Source: Haliotis rubra
Taxonomy: Eukaryota
Assembly: GCF_003918875.1 (NCBI RefSeq)
Contig: NW_025767379.1
Span: 868,001 to 932,000 of the forward strand
Direction of reading: 5' to 3'
DNA: 64,000 nt
Translations under genes and position numbers: made by a program
Shown: piece by piece, positions 12,786-24,792 of the stretch
Layout: each line of letters begins with the position of its first letter
Numbering within the stretch: position 1 is the first letter of the stretch
Notes under the pieces: generated by a model
The model's database searches: none
Seen by the model: the letters and a program-made list of their open reading frames with translations, nothing else
What the model was told of the DNA's origin: nothing

Positions 12786-13624
12786 TCCATAGCTGTGGGT
12801 GATTGTACTGACACTTTCATAGTGGGTTCCTGGTTTTACAGAAGTAGATCTTGTTTATCTTCTCATGAGAGAAGAGCAAAGTCAGGATCTGGAAATAGGT
12901 TGACGTCGCGTATCAACGAGGCATGGGGTAGCGTCCCTTTGATGAGTCAGGATCCTGTGATCGAAGGTTCGATTCCCGTATTCAGCCTTGGTATTATCCT
13001 TGCGAACACCATACATGGTGGGCTTCTACCAAAGTAGTAAACGTTGCCTTTCTTGAGATTTCCTTCCACATGAAGAGACGGAACCCAACCTGGGTCCCTG
13101 GTATGATGCGCTGGCGCTTGGCTGTAAACGGGATAAATGCAGTGTGTCCACAGTTCCTTACGAGTGAGTGAGTGAGTTAAGTTTTACGCCTCACACAGCA
13201 ATATTACAGCTAAATGGCGACGGTCTGTAAATAATCAAGTCTGGACCAGACAATCCAGTGATCAACAACTTGAGCATCGATCACAGATAACACTATACTG
13301 CTCTAAACAGTGTCCAAGCCAACTGACTTGCTCGCTGTGACCGACATCACATCCATATGCAGTTGTTGGCTCAGGGTTTGGTTAACCGGTTATGAATATT
13401 TTGTTGTGCTATTTTCATCTGTGATTTGATTGTGATTTGGAACACATCAACTACTATTGATAAGTGTTGTTTTTCGGGTGAGATTTTTATTTTTTTTACT
13501 GCAATGTAGCAGTGTTTTCAGGTAGGGGTTCAACGATCTATTTCGTTTGGGATTAATTTAAGACTTGACTAGACCTTACGATTCAGCTCCAGAAATATAT
13601 AATTACATAACAGGCTATAGCTGA

Positions 13625-14117
13625 ACTGATACTCCCTGATGTTTGGCATATCGCAGCAAACTCTCAACAAACTCACCAGAGTACAAAATGCAGCAGCAAG
13701 ACTCATCACTGGTGCAGGCAAATATGAACACATAACGCCAACATTACGTGCACTGCATTGGCTGCCAATCAGACAAAGAATTGTCTTCAAGGTGTTGGTG
13801 TTTGTGCACAAGGCCCTTCACAACCAAGCTCCAGAATACCTGACTGAACTAGTGTCATGGTATCAGCCTCTTAAAAACAAGCAGTAGTGCCCTCTACCCG
13901 CAGAGCGAGTTATGGCGATAGAGCTTTCGCCAAAGCAGGTCCTCTGTTATGGAACCAACTACCTGAAAACTTGAAAAACTTGTCAGACATAATTCCATTT
14001 TAAAAAAGAACTAAAAAACAGTTCTTTTCCACAGAGCATTCGACCAAGCGCCTTAGAGCAAACCTTGGATTCAGGCGCTATACAAATTTTAACATTATTA
14101 TTATTATTATTATAATA
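13625..14117 (+). mobile_element. 5'-truncated L2/CR1-group LINE 3' end
   Basis: VQNAAARLI..EHITPTLRALHWLPIRQRIVFK..APEYL and YGDRAF..GPLLWNQLP; 3' stem-loop gcgcc..ggcgc; (ATT)n tail. Confidence 0.88.
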
Positions 14118-15073
14118 ATAGTATTTGAGTCAGTAGTCTGCCCAATAGTCTCAGTACCATATCTCACTGGTGATACAAACGTCCTGTATGTATCAGTTTT
14201 TGGACAGGATGTGAAACAGACATATCCTTGGGGATCCTTATCAATTTGTTTGTTTCTGTGAAATCATATTTGTTAAAATTAACACTTGAAGCGGTCGAAG
14301 CTGATACCGTCATTACATAAGACATCCATGTATTTACTCCAAAGTAGCTGCCGAACTGTTTCAGGTTTAAAACTCATTTGTATTACTTCTATAGTCTGAC
14401 AGTTGTCCCGAACTTCGAGATACTCGAGACCTGACGAACAACGTGCACTCAGAGTTGTTTGCCCTTGTCAAGAGCGCGTGCAGTGGACAGTGTAGGCTCA
14501 CGCTTAGTCTCAGAATATAAATAAGTTTGATAGTAACAAATAAACCCATTTAAATTGAAAAGGACCCCTAGTGAGTTTGGGAGATAACCTGGGTAAATCT
14601 AGACTTGCTTCATTTAGGGACTTAGCACAGTAAGGGCTAAGGAGGGAAAATAATGTGGTTCAGGGACTGTGAAACCGACTATAGACAGTTTACCAGTCTG
14701 TGCACCGGCTGGTTATACTGTGTTTAAGTACAGCCGACCAGGAAGTAACTTAATCTTATCGGGATACATTTCGGAGATAAACGAAGATAATATCTGTCTA
14801 CAGTATCAGTGTTTATGAATGGATTGGTCTTAACACAAATTAAGCGGAAGATATTGAAGGGTTTGCTATGCTGTGTTGCTTTACACGCGAGTCAACTCTC
14901 ACTGAAATCACATTCTGTGGATTGGTAGACGTTGAGGATGCCGTGAAGTGACTGACAGACACGGGTCGAGTTACCTCCCTTACGTCACGTGGCAGGAGCC
15001 GAACCCTCATGTCAGTGATGCAGAATTAAACACTCCGTTCCATACAGTGAGACATTACCTAACATACATAGTG

Positions 15074-15262
15074 ATAAGAGAAGCAAGATTTATGGATGTC
15101 AACTTCTTTATTGTGAATAACACAACGTTTCGGAGTAAATGCTTGCTTCTTCATCAGATGAATGGTAGGGAGTATGACCTGATGAAAGAGCAAGCATACA
15201 CCCCGAAACGTGGTGTCATTCACAAGAAAGAAGTTGACATCCATAAGTCTTGCTTTTCTTAT
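15074..15262. mobile_element. palindromic Penelope-like (pLTR-derived) remnant with a hammerhead-like core on each arm
   Basis: ~84-bp inverted arms, 21-nt spacer; each arm reads CTGATGA-A-stem-GAAACGT followed by AATAAAGAAGTTG (AAGAAAGAAGTTG on the plus arm). Confidence 0.65.
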
Positions 15263-16363
15263 GTATTCTGCTTCCAAATGCCCTTCAAAGATTTTATACA
15301 TAATGATGTTTTTTTAATGGCAGTTAAAAGTGGTTTACGTGAATTGAAATTTTACTCCTTCGTCACTGCACGTTACTGAATATAGTCTTACTTTTTCATC
15401 GCCTGATGTATAAGTATACCTATACTCTAAAATGCCGTGTGTCATAGTACAGAAGTCGACATCTCTAACTCCCCGCCTTTTGTAGATGATGGTATCAAAG
15501 TATGGCTTTGTTCATAAACTGGAAACAAATTAAACTCATCAGCAACATTCTAACAAGGTTTCTTTAGACAATATGGACTTAGTCTCAAGGAATATGCCAC
15601 ATCGGTACTGCTTTCACCACAACTACATACGAATGTTGAGACAGTTTCTTCAGTAGTCGGGCAGATGTGTTGTGAAATATAATTCAACATGTAGCAGTGA
15701 GTGTTTAATTTGGTGAAGCTGATTAGTTGTGAAGAGTATCAGGGTGTGTTTTATTGAAAGTTTGTTTATTGTTTAATGCCGCAATGAGCAGTATTATATT
15801 TTGACATTAACAATATGTTTCGAACTGAAGTGAGGAAAGAACGCATATAGAAAGGCTGATGATTTTTCTCTCTGTTGCACAACCCTATTTGCGCTACAGT
15901 TTGCCTGTAATTCGTACTGCTGTACAAAAACCGTAAATACTTAAGTTCGTTCATATAATATTATGTTGTGTATTGTATTTTTACGTGTTTTTCTGTATTA
16001 TGTTTATATACGATGTAGAAATAAGTTCCCATTGGAAATAAAGTATTATACCCTCCTCAAGAAAAATCAATTCTTTCGTCCAACAAACTAGTTTACTAAT
16101 CCGGATCAGGTCCTTCTTGGCTTCATAATAAGATTAAATATGGGTAAAAAATACAAAAGGGCAGTGTCCACTAGCGTCTTCAGTGGCATAAGACAAGCAC
16201 AACATGTAGTCGATCCTTTAGACTGGCAAAAAAAAAAAAGAGGCAAATTACAGAAACCTGCAAATGTTGGCGCCAGTACACCTATATAATCCCGAACAGA
16301 CTGTAGATCAGCTCATAGTATGGAATAGACTATAACTGGGAATTTCCGCAGTTGCAAACAAAC

Positions 16364-17407
16364 ATGGCGGACCTCCTAGCGAAACTCCAGGATGACATAA
16401 CTTGCTCTATATGTCAGGACTACTTCAGAACACCAAAGCTCCTAGCCTGCCTCCATCGGTACTGCCGGGATTGCTTGCACAAGTATATTCTGTCTAAAGG
16501 ATCAAACGATGGTGTCAGTTGCCCGACATGTCGGCAAACCAGCAAACCTCCGACGGTCGGGGGAAGTACCCTCGCCCTGAGAGAATGGGCTGACAGTTTC
16601 AAAACGGATTTTCTTCTGGGATCTTTGGTTGACAACATAAAGAAAGAGAAGAAACACGGTGACGTCTGCACGAAGCACTCGGGTAACCCGGTTGTATTGT
16701 TTTGCCGTGACTGCAGGAAGACGATCTGTCACGTTTGTGCAGGTGTGGATCACCGCAGGTGTGACGGAGTTGTCCCCCTAAGACCAGAAGCCGAGAGAGA
16801 GAGGGCTCACATTAATCAGCGGCTCACGAAGATGCGTACAGCAAAGACGATAGCTGACCAAAACTACAACCTCTCTCAACATCAAAGTCGGATGCTTATG
16901 ATCGAATTTGAAACCTCAAAAGGTAAGGCCAAAAAGGAGTTCAAGAAAATTCACGAACTTGTAAACAAGCAAGAGCAAATGTGTCTCAACAATCTCAACA
17001 AGGAATATGAGAGCAGATACCGTGATGTTGATAAAACCAAACACAAGAATATACTGAAGTCTGTAACCGAGAGTCTGAAAAAAGCTGAAAAAGCTGTAAA
17101 TGAAAGTTCAGACGTTGAGATATTGAACGATGAAGATTCTAAGCTATACCCTTATGTAGTACCAATGGTCATCCCCATTCGTAACATGAAACGTCACAAT
17201 GAGTGGGCCTCGATTAGTCAGTTCCAGACTGTCTTGAAGAAAGCCAAGATCCAAGATGCAGTGGCTGTACTCATGAAACATCAAAATGAGTGTGCCTCGA
17301 TTGGTCAGTTCCAGACTGTCTTGAAGAAAGCCAAGATCCAAGATACGATAGCTGTACTAGAAAGTGCTGTGTCAGCTGAAGGCGGTGAAGAGAGTACCAC
17401 TGTTTAA
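16364..17407 (+). CDS. TRIM E3 ligase copy 4 (recent paralog of copy 3) with an internal 87-nt duplication
   Basis: ATG 16364; same domains as copy 3; 29-aa unit repeated at 17186 and 17273. Confidence 0.92.
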   Translation: MADLLAKLQDDITCSICQDYFRTPKLLACLHRYCRDCLHKYILSKGSNDGVSCPTCRQTSKPPTVGGSTLALREWADSFKTDFLLGSLVDNIKKEKKHGDVCTKHSGNPVVLFCRDCRKTICHVCAGVDHRRCDGVVPLRPEAERERAHINQRLTKMRTAKTIADQNYNLSQHQSRMLMIEFETSKGKAKKEFKKIHELVNKQEQMCLNNLNKEYESRYRDVDKTKHKNILKSVTESLKKAEKAVNESSDVEILNDEDSKLYPYVVPMVIPIRNMKRHNEWASISQFQTVLKKAKIQDAVAVLMKHQNECASIGQFQTVLKKAKIQDTIAVLESAVSAEGGEESTTV

Positions 17408-18293
17408 AGGGACCTTTTCAGTGTGTTCAATATGGTTGTCTGTGTTGAAGTTCTACCGCAGAATTGAAGAAACGTTCTGTGAAACATGAGAGTTTATTGT
17501 GTCATTATTTGTTTTTACTGACATGGGTGTATAATTAAGGAACAGTTATGCCTCAAGATCCACATTTTACCAAGAAATTATGTTTGGAAATGATTATCGA
17601 AGCAAGAAGTTCACAGAAATAAGATGTTTTGTTAGTTCAGGATGGACGTGACTGTGTGTGACTCATGGTATTATTGACAGTACATATTGCTTGACCTGTA
17701 TGTATACATGCTAGTTCTAATCAATAGGGTATCATTAATCTGCATGTTTGTTCAAACATATTTCACTTTCTCAAATATTCGAGTTCCTAGTATGATAGAT
17801 GGTACAGGTAAATGTATAATCTCGGGTGTCTGTGGAGGTTGGGTTGTTGATTTGTTTGTACATGTGTACAACGTGATTCTTCTGCTTTCATAAAGAGCAT
17901 GTTATTTTGAGGTTGTCCTAAACTTTGCCAGATATGTGACAGTACCATGTCATCCTATTGTCATTATTGTATGTTCATAGCTTATTACACGTTCACTGTA
18001 GTAGACCATTTAATTGGCTGCATGTTGAATATATGATGCTTTCAGGATATTTCCTTCACTGTGTTGCTGTATGTGATTAGGCTTTACTTTGATATAGATG
18101 TTGAGTGCATGGGTTACAAGTGAAATACTTGTAGACTTGAAATCACTCACAAGAAACTAAATAAACAGGACGAGAGATATGTCTGCTCTTTTATAGTGAT
18201 GTGTTTGTGATTTGTTTTTATGCAAGACAAGGACAAATGGGCCCGGTCGTCTAAGGTGCAATTCCTGTTCGAATCCTATGCTTCCCTTCTAGT

Positions 18294-18461
18294 GGGGCGG
18301 TGGGGTAGCCGAGTGGTTAATGCGTTCGCTTGTCACACCGAAGACCCAGGTTTGATTCCTCACATGGGAACAATGTGTGAAGCTCATTTCTGGTGTCCAC
18401 TGCTGTGATAATGCTGGAATATTGCTAAAAGTGGTGTAAAACTAAACTCACTCACTCACTC
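18294..18461 (+). mobile_element. family-1 SINE (duplicate of 12190-12357)
   Basis: Same position within duplication copy B. Confidence 0.88.
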
Positions 18462-19403
18462 CCTTCTGGCCTGTCAGAAAACTATTATTATTCGAATTCA
18501 TTGCTTCTCACTGGGCTTGTCGGAAAGTATAATGGCCAAGGTGTTTCAGCACGAAATCCGTGGTTGTGTATTTCATTCCAGTCCTCAACAAATACGACCC
18601 ACATAGTTTTAGTCGTTTCTCCCTCATCAAGCTGACAGACCCTGGTAAAACATATACTGTTTTAAACTCCGTTTAACTGGCTCATACAATAATACATGTA
18701 CATATGGACAAGGTAATATCTGTCGGTGATCTGTGGGGTGAGATTGGTTTTACGTCGTGTTTAGCAATATTCTATCAATATCACAGCAGGGGACACTAGA
18801 AATTGGCTTCACACATTACACCCATGTGTAGATTCGTACCCGGGTCTCCGGGACGACTAGCAAACGCTTTAATCACTATCCTCCCCCACCGTTCCATATC
18901 TGTGGGTGATTGTACTGACACTTGCATAGTGGGTTCCTGGTTTTACAGAAGTAGATCTTGTTTATCTTCTCATGAGAGAAGAGCAAAGTCAGGATCTGGA
19001 AATAGGTTGACCTCGCGTATCAACGAGGCATGGGGTAGCGTCCCTTTGATGAGTCAGGATCCTGTGATCGAAGGTTCGATTCCCGTATTCGGCTTTGGTA
19101 TTATCCTTGCGAACACCATACATGGTGGGCTTCTACCAAAGTAGTAAACTTTGCCTTTCTTGAGATTTCCTTCCACATGAAGAGACGGAACCCAGCCTGG
19201 GTCCCTGGGTATGATGCGCTGGCGCTTGGCTGTAAACAGGATAAATGCAGTGTTTCCACATTTCCTTACGAGTGAGTGAGTTAAGTTTTAGTGTTTTCAT
19301 GTGGGGGTTCAACTATCTATTTCGTTTGGGATTAATTTAAGACTTGACTAGACCTTACGATTCCGCTCCAGAAATATAAAATTACATAACAGGCTATAGC
19401 TGA

Positions 19404-20472
19404 ACTGATACTCCCTGATGTTTGGCATATCGCAGCAAACTCTCAACTCACCAGAGTACAACATGCAGCAGCAAGACTCATCACTGGTGCAGGCAAATAT
19501 GAACACATCACGCCAACATTACGTACACTGCATTGGCTGCCAGTCAGACAAAGAATTGTCTTCAAGGTGTTGGTGTTTGTGCACAAGGCCCTTCACAACC
19601 AAGCTCCAGAATACCTGACTGAACTAGTGTCATGGTATCAGCCATCGCGAACCCTGAGATCAGCCTCTTTAAAACAAGCAGTAGTGCCCTCTACCCCATT
19701 CTCTTCCCACAGAGGTTACTCCTGTCATATCTTCCTACGTAACCTCTGTTCTAATACGGCCCTTTCATGGTGTGAGCGTTCAAGACTCGTGATTGGAGGC
19801 AATCAAATTTAGTTGTGCAATCAGTGACGTTGTTTCAAAAGTGATCATTCGCAAAGCCTCGGTAGTTTCCGTATACTTCGAGAAAGCTAAACCTCTTCCC
19901 CTGCGCGATGCGCAAACGTTTCTTCTAGACAGAACTCAGTCATGTTATGGCGGATCAGTGGCGTCTCCATCGCCGTCGTTGACAACGGACAAGCTAGCCA
20001 TTTAAACGTCTTGTGTGTAACATCAACACAAGTCCCCGGCAGATGGGGGATATTTGTGGCCTCACATTTGCCTGTGTTAGTCAAGTTGAATCTAAGTCGA
20101 TGTAACACGTGTTCTGATTGGATAGAAAGAAGGGAGATAATTCGTGTTGCGATCTTTTGCCGCTAGGGCATTTTACGAGAACCGGGAAATATGGCCGTAT
20201 TAGAACAGAGGTTACGTAGGAAGATATGAGAGTAACCTCAGTAGTGCCTCTACCCGCAGAGCGAGTTATGGCGATAGAGCTTTCGCCAAACAGGTCCTCT
20301 GTTATGGAACCAACTACCTGAAAACTTGAAAAACTTGTCAGACATCATTCCATTCAAAAAAGAACTAAAAACAGTTCTTTTCCACAGAGCATTCGACCAA
20401 GCGCCTTAGAGCAAACCTTGGATTCAGGCGCTATACAAATTTTAACATTATTATTATTATTATTATTATAAT
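19404..20472 (+). mobile_element. L2/CR1-group LINE 3' end interrupted by a MITE
   Basis: Paralog of 13625-14117, split at 19697-20246. Confidence 0.85.
19697..20246. mobile_element. non-autonomous DNA transposon (MITE) with 9-bp TSD, Mutator-like
   Basis: Left TIR CATTCTCTTCCCACAGAGGTTAC...ATACGGCC; right TIR damaged at its tip; TSD CCTCTACCC at 19688-19696 and 20247-20255; empty site at 13891-13899. Confidence 0.9.
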
Positions 20473-20630
20473 AGTATTTGAGTCAGTAGTCTGCCCAATA
20501 GTCTCAGTACCATATCTCACTGGTGGTACAAACGTCCTGTATGTATCATGTCTAGTTTTTGGACAGGATGTGAAACAGACATATCCTTTGGGATCCTTAT
20601 CAATTTGTTTGTTTCTGTGAAATCATATTT

Positions 20631-20770
20631 GTTAAAATTAACACTTGAAGCGGTCGAAGCTGATATCGTCATTACATAAGACATCCATTTATTTCCTCCA
20701 CTTAAAATTAACACTTGAAGCGGTCGAAGCTGATATCGTCATTACATAAGACATCCATTTATTTCCTCCA
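20631..20770. repeat. 70-bp tandem duplication (copy B only)
   Basis: ttaaaattaacacttgaagcggtcgaagctgatatc...ttcctcca occurs twice; single in copy A (~14272-14340). Confidence 0.9.
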
Positions 20771-21498
20771 AAGTAGCTGCCAAAATGTTTCAGGTTTAAA
20801 ACTCATATTACTTCTATAGTCTGACAGTTGTCCCGAACTTCGACATACTCGAGACCTGACGAACAACGTGCACTCAGAGTTGTTTGCCCTTGTCAAGAGC
20901 GCGTGCAGTGGACAGTGTAGGCTCACGCTTAGTCTCAGAATATATATAAGTTTGAGAGTAACAAATAAACCCATTTAAATTGAAAATGACCCCTAGTGAG
21001 TTTTGGAGATAACCTGGGTAAATCTAGACTTGCTTCATTTAGGGATCTAGCACAGTAATGGCTAAGGAGGGAAAATAATGTGGTTCAGGGACTGCGAGAC
21101 CGACTATAGACAGTTTACCAGTCTGTGCACCGGCTGGTTATACTGTGTTTGAGTACAGCCGACCAGGAAGTAACTTAATCTTATCGGGATACATTTCGGA
21201 GATAAACGAAGATAATATCTGTCTACAGTATCAGTGTTTATGAATGGATTGGTCTTAACACAAATTAAGCGGAAGATATTGAAGGGTTTACTATGCTGTG
21301 TTGCTTTACACGCGAGTCAACTCTCACTGAAATCACATTCTGTGCATTGGTAGTCGTTGAGGATGCAGTGAAGTGACTGACAGACACGGGTCGAGTTACC
21401 TCCCTTACGTCACATGGCAGGAGCCGAACCCTGATGTCTGTGATGCAGAATTAAACACTCCGTTCCGTACAGTGAGACATGACCTAACATACATAGTG

Positions 21499-21686
21499 AT
21501 AAGAGAAGCAAGATTTATGGATGTCAACTTCTTTATTGTGAATAACACAAATTTCGGAGTAAATGCTTGCTCCTTCATCAGATGAATGGTAGGGAGTATG
21601 ATCTGATGAAGGAGCAAGCATACACTCCGAAACGTGGTGTTATTCACAATAAAGAAGTTGACATCCATAAGTCTTGCTTTTCTTAT
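21499..21686. mobile_element. palindromic Penelope-like remnant with hammerhead-like cores (duplicate of 15074-15262)
   Basis: CTGATGA 21603-21609, stem GGAG/CTCC, GAAACGT, AATAAA. Confidence 0.65.
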
Positions 21687-22231
21687 GTATTCTGCTTCCA
21701 AATGCCCTTCAAAGATTTTATACATAATGATGTTTTTGAATGGCAGTTAAAAGTGGTTTACGTGAATTGAAATTTTACTCCTTCGTCCCTGCACGTTACT
21801 GAATATAGTCTTACGTCTCCATCACCTGATGTATAAGTAAACCTATACTCTAAAACGCCGAGTCTCATATTACAGAAGTCGACATCTCTAACTCCCCGCC
21901 TTTTGTAGATGATGGTATCAAAGTATGGTTTTGTTCATAAACTGGAAACAAATTAAACTCATCGTCAACATTCTTACAAGGTTTCTTTAGACAATATGGA
22001 CCTAGTCTCAAGGAATATGCCACGTCGGTACTGCTTTCACCACAACTACATACGAATCTTGAGACTGTTTCCTCAGTAGTCGGGCAGATGTGTTGTGAAA
22101 TATAATTCATGTAGCAGTGAGTGTTTAATTTGGTGAAGCTGATTCGTTGTGAAGAGTATCAGGGCGTGTTTTATTGAAAGTTCGGTTATTGTTTAACGCC
22201 GCAATGAGCAGTAGTCCAGTTATATATATAA

Positions 22232-22410
22232 TGTAAATAATCGAGTCTGGATCTGACAATCCAATGATCAACAGCATGGGCAACGATCTACGCAATTGGG
22301 ATACGATTACATGTGTGGACCAGGTCAGCGAGCCTGACCACCCGATCCCGTTAGACGCCTCTTACGACAAGCTGGGTTCCTGAAGACCAATTCTAACCCG
22401 AATCTTTACG
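22232..22410 (-). mobile_element. SINE family 2 (Meta/MESC-like core)
   Basis: Reverse complement of GCTTGTCGTAAGAGGCG.CTAACGGGATCGGGTGGTCAGGCTCGCTG. Confidence 0.85.
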
Positions 22411-23321
22411 CATATTGTTTGAAAGTAGATACGAAGCTATATGTGTGACATCGGTGTTCCTGTGTCTTAATATTGATTTGGGGACTTATATAAGGATCGA
22501 GTTAGTTACCTCCCTTACATAACTTGCCACACGCCGTTTATGTATGTCCCCATAGACTGGGAGGGGGGTGAGGTGAAATGGGGTTCAAACATAGTACTTG
22601 AGCATATTTCGCTCATATGACAACGTGCATGCGTGCGGCTGCTTTGTACTAGCCCAGACTTAAGCTGGTGTTGTAGTGCTAGCTCACTGTTCCTTATACT
22701 GACTCCGAGCCGACCAGTCCTTGTTGTACCCATTAATGCCGAGCGCCAGGCAGGGACCAACAAGTACATGTACCATATTTTAACGTGTTTTGATCGAATG
22801 GGAGTGAAGTCAGCTCATGCTATTTGTGAATGTTTGTACGGGGCGGCTGATACATGAGTGTCCTTATCAAGTAAAGAATGTCCTTGTTGATTTTACAAGA
22901 TCGATGTTATGTTGAACGTTCAAGATTCTATATTTACCTGTCTGTGTATATGACGTGGTGAGGAGATCGACTTAGGCGCTGTCCGGTCAGACGGTATTCA
23001 ACCGTGTGAAGAATCGAACCCGGGTCTCCATTGTGACGATCCACTACTTACCCACTAGGCTACCTCAATGTAGTAGACCAGTCTACTCACTAATTCACTC
23101 ACTCATAATATTAATTATTGGGTTATATGAGTCAGAGTTTATTATTAACTGACCACGTCACACTGGGCCAGCTCCATGTTGGAGACCAGTCTACGAGCTG
23201 TTCCCTTTCTTGTCTGTCAAACACAACTGGTTAAACTGAGAGGTTCGATAGCGGGTGGACGCCGCTTGTTTAAATAGTTTGTGGGATCATTTTACTCACT
23301 CGCCCCTTCATAATATTAATT

Positions 23322-23495
23322 TGGGTGGTGGGGTAGCCTAGTGGTTTAAGCGTTCACTCGTCACGCCGAAGACCAGGGTTCGATTCCCCACATGAGTACA
23401 ATGTACATGTGTGAAGCCCATTTCAGGTGTCCCCTGCCATGATATTGCTGAAATATTGCTAAAAGCGGCGTTAAACCAAACTCACTTACTCACTC
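23322..23495 (+). mobile_element. family-1 SINE
   Basis: A/B boxes and tail intact. Confidence 0.88.
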
Positions 23496-24579
23496 ATATC
23501 ATTAAGTACTGGGTTGTATGAGTCAGAGTTTATTATAAACTATGCATTTATGATATTACACCGCTGAAGTATGTCTGTATGTTTTTCTTTATGCAATAAA
23601 TTCCACAGATGGTTTTATGAAAGTTTTCGTTCTCTGATTTCGTGATATAGAGGAAGTGTTTCGATATCACATCCGCTTGATATTTTTACTTTATCAACGA
23701 GTGTTGATATATTTGATATCAGAAGACACGAGGGTGAGATTCTATTTATCATCCAAAATCACTCTTCATTAATTTTCAATGAAATATGTACATCTTTCTT
23801 TTACTGCCTTTTAGTGCAGCGATAAATTGACGTCAAAGATGACGTCATAGCATTGTCACATTGGTCAAAACGATTTTTCGTTCGTTTGATCTCACACAAG
23901 CGATATCTCCTGTGGAACACAGTTTTGGATGATAAATATTTTATACCATTATTTGATACATCTACACAAACTAAAGTAAATTGTTTTCTTAATGATACTT
24001 TCAGCTCCACGTTGATATTGTGTATATCTAAATCCATGACAATGATAACAGCATGTTATCGGGATACTATCAACAGACACGCACATGAAAGCATGATTCA
24101 GCACTTTATCAGTTATCCTGAATATACACTGTAGATTCAGATCTCGGCTTTCTAAATATATTTGCTCACTCTGTCAAACTAATTGCGTAATAAACATGAC
24201 ATTCGTTCATGGAATATGAACAGCCAAATTACCACCGAAACATGCCATGTTTGACAGCTAAGCGTGAGCATACTGCACGACAAGCGACTTCGCCATAATG
24301 AAACGAACAACGCCGGTGTCAATTTCACCTGTCACATTTACAGTTCACGTGCAAATCGTTCAACAATCACACTGCAGCCGTCGCTGATAATCACTGTCAT
24401 GGGTCAGTACCTTCTCTCGAATACCTCTTTATAGCGATGCCTGTTTCTTCTGGAAGTCGGCTACGCGGTATAACGAGGTATGCCACACTGTCATCTTCAC
24501 ATAAACCTGTAATGAAATACACATGTCATCTCGACCTGCCGGGCGCATTTGGCGCATTTCCTGAAACAGTGCTGTCACA

Positions 24580-24792
24580 GACAGGTGGTATATAAGGGTG
24601 GAATCGCGTTATAACAGGGTGGGAAGGGTCCACGTTTCATCAATACATGTTGCAATCGACAAGCGACTAGCGTGACAGCTTTAATCCCGCGGAAAGCAGG
24701 TGATCGATTTGCTCGGCTATTGACATATTTCATTCTTCAACTGTTACAGGTAAACTAAGGACACACAGACACACGGAGGCGGACAGGTAAAT
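24580..24792 (+). promoter_or_regulatory. candidate promoter and non-coding first exon of the AJM1-like gene
   Basis: TATATAAG at 24589-24596 in a CpG-richer patch, CAGGTG E-boxes, donor-like CAG|GTAAA at 24749 and 24786. No transcript evidence. Confidence 0.3.

Larger units (their letters stand above)
9762..15793 (+). repeat. tandem segmental duplication, copy A (~6.0 kb)
   Basis: Colinear, highly similar sequence at 15796-22213; starts atattttgacattaacaatatg, ends gcaatgagcagta. Confidence 0.95.
15796..22213 (+). repeat. tandem segmental duplication, copy B (~6.4 kb)
   Basis: Paralog of 9762-15793 with a MITE insertion, a ~0.3-kb deletion and a 70-bp tandem duplication. Confidence 0.95.
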
